Shown here piece after piece: positions 9,143 through 15,840 of a stretch of 32,674 nucleotides of DNA; positions within the stretch are counted from its first letter, which is position 1, and the number at the start of each line of letters is the position of its first letter. Below the pieces are notes generated by a model. The model saw only the letters and a list, made by a program, of their open reading frames with translations. It had not been told where the DNA came from and searched no databases. The stretch lies in contig CAVHKA010000004.1 of the NCBI GenBank assembly GCA_963636325.1, forward strand, positions 1 through 32,674. Reading direction: 5' to 3'. This DNA comes from Agathobacter sp. (GTDB lineage: Bacteria; Bacillota; Clostridia; Oscillospirales; Oscillospiraceae). Both the position numbers and the translations under genes were made by a program.

Positions 9143-9280
9143 GGCGGGGTGAGGGCACCCCGCCCTACGATAAAAAGGGAAGGACTGCGTTCGATAGTTG
9201 TCGTAGGGGCGACCCTTGCGGTCGCCCGAATCAGGAAGTTTCGCTTTGCCTGTAGAGGCGACCACAAGGGTCGCCCCTAC
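9143..9280. repeat. Cluster of three GTAG-type REP palindromes
   Basis: Copies at 9143-9168 (inverted), 9203-9227 and 9255-9280 (inverted). Confidence 0.85.
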
Positions 9281-9330
9281 ACAAAATAACAGAGAAAGCG
9301 CCATAACATCTCCCCGAAAGGAGCACCAAC

Positions 9331-10302
9331 ATGAATGGAATCTTCACCACTCTGCTTTATGAAATGGAAAAGCACCATGACACGGTGCTGTGTACCATCA
9401 TCGCTGACAGCGGCTCCACCCCCCGTGGGATGGGCGCCCAGATGCTGGTGGGCGAAAAGGGCCTTCTCTGCGGCACCATCGGCGGCGGCGCGGTGGAGGG
9501 CCAGAGCATCGAACTGGGCAAAAAGCTCCTTCAGGAGCGCCGCAGCACCGTCCATGAGTATAAGCTCCACCATAACAACACCGAGGACATCGGCATGGTG
9601 TGCGGCGGCGACGTGACGGTGCATCTGCAATTCATCGCCGCCGATGATGCGGCGTGGCAGAAGCTGGCCGGTGAGGTGCTGCGCCGCATCGCCCTGCGGC
9701 AGCCGGGATGGCTGGTGCTGGCGCTGAACGGCGGCACGCCTGTTTTGCAGGATACCGCCGAAACCGACAGCGCCCATGTGGCCCTGCCTCTTCCCATCGG
9801 TGAGCGGGCCATCCTGTTCGGCGCGGGCCACTGCTCGCTGGCCCTGTGCCCGCTGCTGACCACCGTGGGCTTCCGGGTGACGGTGGTGGACGACCGGCCG
9901 GAGCTGGTGACAAAGGAGCGCTTCCCCACCGCCGACGCGGTGGTGTGCTGCGACCTTGACCATCTGGCCGACACCGTGCCCGTGGGCGGCGAGGACTATG
10001 TGGTGGTCATGACCAACGGCCACAGCCACGACTTCGCCGTGCAGGAGCAGGTGCTGCGGGGACAGTACGCCTACATCGGCGTCATCGGCTCCCGCAGCAA
10101 GACCGCCAGCGTCAACGCCCGCCTGCGGGCGGCAGGCATCAGCGAAGATGCCATCGCCACCGTCCACACCCCCATCGGTACCGCCATCAAGGCGGTGACG
10201 CCGGAGGAGATCGCCGTGTCCATCACCGGTGAGATGATCTGCGTGCGGGCCACCCGCCGGGAGAACGCCGGTGTGCAGCTTCACGGCTGCCCTATGCATT
10301 GA
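9331..10302 (+). CDS. xdhC: XdhC/CoxI-family xanthine dehydrogenase accessory (Moco chaperone) protein
   Basis: GSTPRGMGAQM, GTIGGGAVE, GMVCGG, LFGAGH, VVDDR, YIGVIGSRSK, PIGTAIKAVTPEEIAVSI. Confidence 0.92.
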   Translation: MNGIFTTLLYEMEKHHDTVLCTIIADSGSTPRGMGAQMLVGEKGLLCGTIGGGAVEGQSIELGKKLLQERRSTVHEYKLHHNNTEDIGMVCGGDVTVHLQFIAADDAAWQKLAGEVLRRIALRQPGWLVLALNGGTPVLQDTAETDSAHVALPLPIGERAILFGAGHCSLALCPLLTTVGFRVTVVDDRPELVTKERFPTADAVVCCDLDHLADTVPVGGEDYVVVMTNGHSHDFAVQEQVLRGQYAYIGVIGSRSKTASVNARLRAAGISEDAIATVHTPIGTAIKAVTPEEIAVSITGEMICVRATRRENAGVQLHGCPMH

Positions 10303-10312
10303 GGGTTCGGCC

Positions 10313-10804
10313 ATGACGGGACATCTGTTTCTGACCGGCCCCAAGGGCGCGGGCAAATCCACTCTGATCCGGGGCCTGCTGGCGGAGGAGCGCGGCCCGC
10401 TGGGCGGCTTCTTCACCGTGAAGCATGAGGGCGGCGTCTATCTGCTGCCTGCCGCGCAGGAGCGGGCCTTTACGCCGGAGAACTTCCTGTTCCGCTGCGG
10501 CCACGGCGGCGACCCGGCCCGGTTCGACCATCTGGGCTGCGCCGCGCTGGCGGATACCGCCGGATGCCGTCTGCTGGTGATGGACGAGCTGGGCCCCCAC
10601 GAGGCGGAGGCCAGACAGTTCCAGACGGCGGTATTCCGCGCACTGGACGGGGAGATCTCCATCCTCGGCGTTTTGCAGCAGGCGGAAAGCGAGTTTCTCC
10701 ACCGCATCGCCCGCCACTCCCGGGTGACGGTGCTGACGGTATCGGTGGAAAACCGGGACACTCTGGCGGCGGAGCTGCGCCGCTGGCGGGAAATGCAAGG
10801 ATAA
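10313..10804 (+). CDS. Nucleoside triphosphatase (NTPase_1/THEP1-like)
   Basis: LFLTGPKGAGKST Walker A, GGFFT, LVMDELGPHE Walker B, VENRD. Confidence 0.82.
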   Translation: MTGHLFLTGPKGAGKSTLIRGLLAEERGPLGGFFTVKHEGGVYLLPAAQERAFTPENFLFRCGHGGDPARFDHLGCAALADTAGCRLLVMDELGPHEAEARQFQTAVFRALDGEISILGVLQQAESEFLHRIARHSRVTVLTVSVENRDTLAAELRRWREMQG

Positions 10805-10809
10805 TAAAG

Positions 10810-10842
10810 AAAGCACCTGGCCGCAGGCCAGGTGCTTTATTT
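10810..10842 (+). terminator. Intrinsic terminator after NTPase
   Basis: AAAGCACCTGGCC-gca-GGCCAGGTGCTTT followed by T-rich run. Confidence 0.8.
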
Positions 10843-10873
10843 ATATCTGTCAGACGGTGCCGGAGGGATCGTC

Positions 10874-10898
10874 GTAGGGGCGACCCTTGCGGTCGCCC
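10874..10898 (+). repeat. Single GTAG-type REP
   Basis: Identical to 436-460 and 9203-9227. Confidence 0.85.
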
Positions 10899-10920
10899 GC
10901 AAAAATATCTTCCGTAAAAC

Positions 10921-10974
10921 AACCCCTCAGTCAGCCTTACGGCTGACAGCTCCCCTTACACAGGGGAGCCTTTG
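10921..10974 (+). repeat. Second repeat family (two-hairpin unit)
   Basis: AACCCCTCAGTCAGCCTTACGGCTGACAGCTCCCCTTACACAGGGGAGCCTTTG; relatives at 15892-15947, 15955-16008 and partial 13050-13073. Confidence 0.8.
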
Positions 10975-10991
10975 AATACCGGCATGCCGGT

Positions 10992-11894
10992 TTACTGCAC
11001 CATATGCACGCCCTCGATCTGCTGGATCTCCGTGCGGATGTCCTCCAGCAGCAGCTGGGCCGCGGGACTGAGAGCCTCGCCCCGGCGGGTCATGAGATAG
11101 GACACCCGGTCGGGGACCGGGTCGGTCAGATGGCAGATCCGCGCGCGGCCCGCCTGCTCCAGTGTACGGGCGGCGGCCAGCGGCACAATGGCCCACATCA
11201 TCTCGTTGCCAAGGAAGGTGTCTACCGCCTGCATGGAGTCGGCGTACAGCAGCGGCGTGGCCGTCAGGCCGAACCAGTGATCCCGCCAGTCCTGCACGGC
11301 CTTGCGCCAGGACACCACGATCTCGTTGTTGGGGTCCAGCTCCTTGGGGGAGATCACATCGCCGTAGGGGCTGTCCGGCGAGCAGGCCACCACCGTTTCC
11401 TCGCTGCACAGGGGCGTCAGCTCCAGCTGGGGATGGTAGAAGCTGTCGCCGTCCATCAGGGCCATCTCCAGCTCGCGGCGGGCCACCGGCTGCGCGCCGT
11501 CATAGCCGGTGCCCGGCAGGGTCTGCACCCACAGGGCCACCGGCAGCTTCCGGTGGAGAAACCGGCGATAAGCCGCCGGAAGGATGTACTGGTTGGTGGA
11601 GAACACCGCGCCGATGCGGAGGTATTCCCGTGTGGCGGTTTCCGCCACGCCCTTCGTCTCCTCCAGAAGGGATTGCCAGCGGTAGGCCAGCGGCAGGAAC
11701 CGCTGTCCCGCCTCGGTCAGCTCGATGTGGCGGATGCCCTTGCCCCGGTGGAACAGCTGCGCGCCCACCTCCGCCTCCAGCGCCTGGATGCGGTTGGTCA
11801 GCGTGGGCTGGGTGATGAACAGCGCCTCGGCCGCCGCCGTCAGTGTGCCGTGCTCCAGCACCGCCCAAAAGGTCTCCATATCGGTGTTGTTCAT
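10992..11894 (-). CDS. LysR-family transcriptional regulator
   Basis: TLTAAAEALFITQPTLTNRIQALEAEVGAQLFHR...LTEAG HTH; 300 aa; AGGAGG RBS. Confidence 0.95.
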   Translation of the reverse strand: MNNTDMETFWAVLEHGTLTAAAEALFITQPTLTNRIQALEAEVGAQLFHRGKGIRHIELTEAGQRFLPLAYRWQSLLEETKGVAETATREYLRIGAVFSTNQYILPAAYRRFLHRKLPVALWVQTLPGTGYDGAQPVARRELEMALMDGDSFYHPQLELTPLCSEETVVACSPDSPYGDVISPKELDPNNEIVVSWRKAVQDWRDHWFGLTATPLLYADSMQAVDTFLGNEMMWAIVPLAAARTLEQAGRARICHLTDPVPDRVSYLMTRRGEALSPAAQLLLEDIRTEIQQIEGVHMVQ

Positions 11895-11913
11895 GCCGCG
11901 CCTCCTGTGTATA

Positions 11914-11934
11914 AATATAGATTTTGCCTATATT
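11914..11934. promoter_or_regulatory. LysR recognition box (T-N11-A dyad)
   Basis: AATATAG-N7-CTATATT perfect inverted repeat with central TAG-N7-CTA; overlaps lysR promoter TTGTAA-17-TATAAT (11960-11932, minus). Confidence 0.7.
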
Positions 11935-11987
11935 ATATGAGGGTTTTATCCGTTTTACAAGTGCGGATTTGTGTGATATGGTATAGT

Positions 11988-12142
11988 CACAACAGAAAAT
12001 GATACGGATTCTCCTGAAAAACAGGATAAACCTCCACTTTATCCGACTTAATTGAACTGTTTTCTTTTCTTTCTTATTTTCTCTCTTTGTTCCTGCATCC
12101 CTGTAAAGAAAAAACCGGACGGAAGTCCGGTTTTTTCTTTTT
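11988..12142 (+). ncRNA. Candidate LysR-regulated small RNA (about 150 nt)
   Basis: Promoter TTTACA-17-TATGGT (11954-11982) or TGGTATAGT; hairpin GGATAAA-CCTCCAC-TTTATCC; long C/U tract; own terminator; no RBS-led ORF. Confidence 0.55.
12105..12142 (+). terminator. Intrinsic terminator (symmetric, could act on both strands)
   Basis: AAAGAAAAAACCGGAC-ggaa-GTCCGGTTTTTTCTTT. Confidence 0.85.
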
Positions 12143-12153
12143 GTGTGGGGGTG

Positions 12154-12182
12154 AAAGAAGGGCGGCCGCAGGCCGCCTTTCT
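12154..12182 (-). terminator. hpf terminator
   Basis: AGAAGGGCGGCC-gca-GGCCGCCTTTCT hairpin about 12 nt after hpf stop. Confidence 0.7.
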
Positions 12183-12193
12183 CCCATATATAA

Positions 12194-12730
12194 TTACTCC
12201 TGCGTCTCGATGATGCCGTAGCCGCCGTTGTTGCGGCGATAGACCACCGAGATGGTGTCGTCCGCCACATTGCGGAACACATAGAAGGTATGATCCAGCA
12301 GGTTCATCTGCAAGATGGCCTCGTCGATGGTCATGGGCTTGACGGTGAAGCGCTTGGTGCGCACCACATGGAACTCGTCCTCCTCTTCCACATGGAACTC
12401 AGGCAGCTCCGGTTCCATGACCTCCGGCCGCAGGTTCTTGGCCAGGCGGGTCTTGTTCTTGCGGATGCGGCGCTCGATGAAACTGACGGTCCCGTCGATG
12501 GCGCCCCGCATGTCACCGTCGGGATCCTCGGCCTGGGCACGGAACAATGTGCCGTTGGCGGCGCGGATGGTCAGCTCCACGGTGCAGCGGTTTTTCTTTT
12601 CCACGGCAAAGGTCACAAATGCGTCCGCTTCCTCCGCGAAGTACCGGTCGAGCTTACTGATCTTCTTCTCGGCGTACTCCTTAATGGAGTCGTTCAGCGC
12701 GATCTTCTTGCAGGCGAATGTGAACTTCAT
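12194..12730 (-). CDS. hpf: Ribosome hibernation promoting factor, long HPF/RaiA
   Basis: IKEYAEKKISKLDRYF, ERRIRKNKTRL, C-terminal VRTKRFTVKPMTIDEAILQMNLLDHTFYVF..VVYRRNNGGYGIIE. Confidence 0.96.
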   Translation of the reverse strand: MKFTFACKKIALNDSIKEYAEKKISKLDRYFAEEADAFVTFAVEKKNRCTVELTIRAANGTLFRAQAEDPDGDMRGAIDGTVSFIERRIRKNKTRLAKNLRPEVMEPELPEFHVEEEDEFHVVRTKRFTVKPMTIDEAILQMNLLDHTFYVFRNVADDTISVVYRRNNGGYGIIETQE

Positions 12731-12798
12731 ATTGGTTGCTCCTTTCTTGGGGTACGGAACAAAGGGTCGGGGAGGGATTTCCCCTTATCCTTGTCCGC

Positions 12799-12827
12799 AT
12801 TATAGCACATTGCCCTGCATTTGAAAA
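12799..12827 (-). promoter_or_regulatory. Sigma-A promoter of hpf
   Basis: Minus strand TTTTCA-17 bp-TATAAT with extended TG. Confidence 0.65.
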
Positions 12828-12965
12828 GACCATCACAGTAAATTTAGGGAAAGTTCACAAAAGTGAAACAATTTTTGTGCGTTTCGACGAGGTGTGCCGA
12901 AAATCGTGAAAAAGCGGCAAAACCTCCTATGGACAAGACGGGGGCAGATGGTGTACCATAATACC

Positions 12966-13028
12966 CGGAAGCTTTCCAATATCCCACCCGCTTGAGCCGT
13001 GTCCCGAAAAGGGACGCGGCTCCTTTTT
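12966..13028 (+). ncRNA. Candidate very short sRNA (about 60 nt)
   Basis: TGGACA(12930)-18-TACCAT or CATAAT promoter, C-rich single strand ATCCCACCCG, strong terminator GAGCCGTGTCCC-gaaaa-GGGACGCGGCTC-CTTTTT with no plus-strand gene upstream. Confidence 0.45.
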
Positions 13029-13049
13029 ATAATTTGAGGTACGGCAACT

Positions 13050-13277
13050 CAAAGCCTCCCCTGTGTAAGGGAGTGAAATGGGTGGATAAAATGTTGTAGG
13101 GGCGGACGACTCTGTCCGCCCCAAAATCCCGTATGAATATCGTCAGGGCGGACAGGGTCGTCCGCCCCTACAAATGGAAGCAAGGAGCCGCTGCGCCATC
13201 GCGGCGGGACACGCGGGTCCCGCCCTACGGGTGTCTGCCGCCGGTGCTCTCGTAGGGCGGGGCCAATGTGCCCCGCC
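13050..13277. repeat. Repeat cluster: partial two-hairpin unit plus four GTAG-type REPs
   Basis: Partial unit 13050-13073; REPs at 13096-13121, 13146-13171, 13203-13228, 13252-13277. Confidence 0.85.
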
Positions 13278-13297
13278 GGGGAAACATCTCCCCAACC

Positions 13298-13326
13298 TTG
13301 CCATTTTCCCCTTTGTGTGGTATGCT
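13298..13326 (+). promoter_or_regulatory. Sigma-A promoter of radical SAM cassette
   Basis: TTGCCA-17 bp-TATGCT with extended TG; AGGAGG RBS before ATG 13366. Confidence 0.7.
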
Positions 13327-13365
13327 TGGGGCACGGGGGCGTATGCCGCCCCACAGGAGGATTCT

Positions 13366-14745
13366 ATGAAGCATATGACATTCCGGGAGCGGCGCTATCG
13401 CCGCGCCCATCTGGACTGCGTGCGCCACATCACCCTGAACCCCAAGGGCCCCGGCGTGGTGCGCATCCACATGATACCGCCCAGGGATGAAACGCCGGAC
13501 GCGCCGTTCCTGCTGCTGCTCAACGGCGCGTCGCTGGTGCCGCTGAATCTCAGCTGGGCCATCATGCTGGCCAACCTGATGGACCAGTGGCAGGCCTATG
13601 AGGGGCAGGAGCTGGAGGAGCGCCAGTGGGAGGCCCTGCTGACGGCGGCGGTGGAGGAGACCCACCGCACCTATCCCCGCACCAAACGCCAGCAGCTGGC
13701 CGCCGACATGCACCTGATGCTGACCAGCCTCATCGCCATCGCCCAGGGCCGGGAGCCGGAAGCGGAGGTGGCGCTGCTGACGCTGGCGGACTGCGCGCCG
13801 GAGATGACCGCGCCCCACCGGATGGATCTGATGGTCAGCGCCATGGAGAAGGACGGTGCGTGGCACTGCAACCAGAAATGCCTGCACTGCTACGCCGCGG
13901 GCCAGCCCATGGGCGAAACGCCGGAGTTATCCACCGAGCAGTGGAAAACCCTTCTGGATACCCTGCGGAAAGCCAACATCCCCCAGGTGACCTTCACCGG
14001 CGGCGAGCCGACCCTGCGGAGCGATCTGGTGGAGCTGGTGCGCGCGGCGGAGTGGTTCGTCACCCGTCTGAACACCAACGGCCGCGCCCTGACGCCGGAG
14101 CTGTGCGCCGGGCTTTACGACGCCAGTCTTGACAGCGTGCAGGTGACACTGTACAGCGCTGAGGGCAACATCCACAACCAGCTGGTGGGCGTCAACGGCT
14201 TCAACGACACGGTGCAGGGCATCCGCCACGCGGTGGAGGCCAGGCTGATCGTGTCGGTGAACACGCCGCTGTGTTCCCTCAATACCCACTATGCCGACAC
14301 GCTGCGGTTCGCCCACAGTCTGGGCGTGCGGTACGCCACCTGCTCCGGGCTGATCCCCTCCGGCAGCGCCTGCGGACAGGAGAGCCGGGCCACGGCCCTG
14401 ACCCCCGATGAGCTGACGGACATCCTCCGTCAGGCGGTGGAGACGGCCCGGGAGCTGGGCATGGAGCTGGACTTCACCTCCCCCGGCTGGCTCAGCGAAA
14501 GGACGCTGCGCTCGCTGGGGCTGAACCTGATCCCCAGCTGCGGCGCGTGTCTCTCCAACATGGCGGTGACGCCGGACGGCAAGGTGGTGCCCTGTCAAAG
14601 CTGGCTGTCCGATGAGCCGCTGGGCGACCTGCTGCAAGATGACTGGAAGGACATCTGGAACAGTCCCCGCTGCGCCGCCATCCGGGCGGAGAGCGTGAAA
14701 ATGGAGCACCTCTGCCAGCTGAAGGGAAAGGAGGCGGCGGAATGA
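13366..14745 (+). CDS. Radical SAM protein with N-terminal RRE/PqqD-like extension and C-terminal SPASM/Twitch domain
   Basis: CNQKCLHC (Cx3Cx2C), FTGGEPTL, LNTNG, SCGACLSNMAVTPDGKVVPCQ...LGDL...WKDIWNS; start set by RBS AGGAGG. Confidence 0.9.
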   Translation: MKHMTFRERRYRRAHLDCVRHITLNPKGPGVVRIHMIPPRDETPDAPFLLLLNGASLVPLNLSWAIMLANLMDQWQAYEGQELEERQWEALLTAAVEETHRTYPRTKRQQLAADMHLMLTSLIAIAQGREPEAEVALLTLADCAPEMTAPHRMDLMVSAMEKDGAWHCNQKCLHCYAAGQPMGETPELSTEQWKTLLDTLRKANIPQVTFTGGEPTLRSDLVELVRAAEWFVTRLNTNGRALTPELCAGLYDASLDSVQVTLYSAEGNIHNQLVGVNGFNDTVQGIRHAVEARLIVSVNTPLCSLNTHYADTLRFAHSLGVRYATCSGLIPSGSACGQESRATALTPDELTDILRQAVETARELGMELDFTSPGWLSERTLRSLGLNLIPSCGACLSNMAVTPDGKVVPCQSWLSDEPLGDLLQDDWKDIWNSPRCAAIRAESVKMEHLCQLKGKEAAE

Positions 14746-15827
14746 AAAAGCTTCTCACTTTGCTGTTGGGCCTTGGCTTGGCCCTGTGTCTCAGCGTGAT
14801 GGCCTGGGCGGATTACGACTACATCAACGATTACAGCGTGGACGTCCAGCCCAACACCGATGACGGCAGCCTGAACATCACCGTTTCCCTGACATGGACG
14901 GCGCTGGAGTCCCTGCCCTACGGGCAGGAGCTGAAGATCGGCATCCCCAACGGTTCCATCCGGGAGGAGACGGCCCTGACCGACAACATCGAGCGGCTGG
15001 AATACGACAACAGCTATATGTATGTCTACCTTGACCGGGCCTACGACGAGGGCGAGACCTTCACCTTCGCCTATTCCTGGGTGCAGGAATATATGTATAC
15101 GCTGGACGGCGATACGGTGTCCTACGACTATACCCCCGGCTGGTTCGACGAGGCCAAGATCGGGAAAATGACCCTGCTGTGGCGGGACCCCGCCGGTCTT
15201 ACCGGCGATTTCAGTGACACCTCCGCCAGCGGCGACGTGGCGCGGGAGGACGGCCTGTTGGCCATTACCGACGCCGGTCTGGACTACGGCGAGACCATGA
15301 ACGTCCGGGTGCGGTATGCCGACTGGCCCACCGTGCTGGATCAGGCGTACAGCGCCGACAATGTGCCCGCCGACTACAACGGCGGCTACTATGACGATTA
15401 TGACGATGATTACGGCTATGGCGACGGCAGCCTTGTGGTGCTGGCCATTTTCGTGGTGATCATCTTTCTGGTGATCATCTGGGCCAGCAGAAACGACGGC
15501 TACCGGGGCGGCTTCGGCACACATTATGTGTTCGTCAACCATCTCTGGTACCCTGCCGGGCCTGACGGCAGGCCCCGGCCCGGCAGCGTGGGCACCAAGA
15601 CGCGGCCCCGCCCGCCCCGCAGCGGCGGTGGCGGCTTTGGCGGCGGAAGCCGGGGCGGCGGATTTGGCGGAGGCGGCTTCGGCGGCGGAGGCCATTGCGC
15701 CTGCGCCAGCAGCTGTGCCTGTGCGTGCGCCTGCGCCTGTGCCGGCGGCGGCCGTGCCGGATGCAGCGCCAAGAATCTCTACGGCGCCGTGAAGCTGAGC
15801 CGCGAGGTAACGGAAAAGCTGCAATAA
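14742..15827 (+). CDS. Signal-peptide, single-pass membrane protein with acidic beta-rich ectodomain (DUF2207-like) and Gly-rich/(Cys-Ala)n cytoplasmic tail
   Basis: Signal peptide ending AWA; INDYSVDVQPNTDDGSLNITV start of ectodomain; TM LVVLAIFVVIIFLVIIWA; tail GGGGFGGG...HCACASSCACACACACAGGGRAGC; AAGGAGG RBS and ATGA overlap. Confidence 0.88.
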   Translation: MKKLLTLLLGLGLALCLSVMAWADYDYINDYSVDVQPNTDDGSLNITVSLTWTALESLPYGQELKIGIPNGSIREETALTDNIERLEYDNSYMYVYLDRAYDEGETFTFAYSWVQEYMYTLDGDTVSYDYTPGWFDEAKIGKMTLLWRDPAGLTGDFSDTSASGDVAREDGLLAITDAGLDYGETMNVRVRYADWPTVLDQAYSADNVPADYNGGYYDDYDDDYGYGDGSLVVLAIFVVIIFLVIIWASRNDGYRGGFGTHYVFVNHLWYPAGPDGRPRPGSVGTKTRPRPPRSGGGGFGGGSRGGGFGGGGFGGGGHCACASSCACACACACAGGGRAGCSAKNLYGAVKLSREVTEKLQ

Positions 15828-15840
15828 GGAGAAATCATGC

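Noticed and set aside
533..10804. Selenocysteine read-through suggested by yqeC/xdhC
   Set aside because: The TGA codons fall at expected protein ends, mostly as start-stop overlaps; no interrupted conserved domain seen
12731..13030. raiA motif RNA upstream of hpf/raiA
   Set aside because: The predicted hpf promoter leaves a leader of about 60 nt, far shorter than the roughly 200-nt motif, and I recognised none of its conserved segments; an Infernal scan would settle it
12927..13354. Short ORFs near the radical SAM gene as precursor peptides (12927-13124, 13049-13354, 13143-13334)
   Set aside because: Opposite strand, built from REP sequence, no RBS and no leader/core pattern
13174..13365. 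N-terminal extension of the radical SAM ORF in the six-frame track
   Set aside because: Runs through REPs and the gene's own promoter; the RBS supports ATG 13366. The same applies to the extensions of dtd (22306), yabM (19606) and the E2-like gene (26821)
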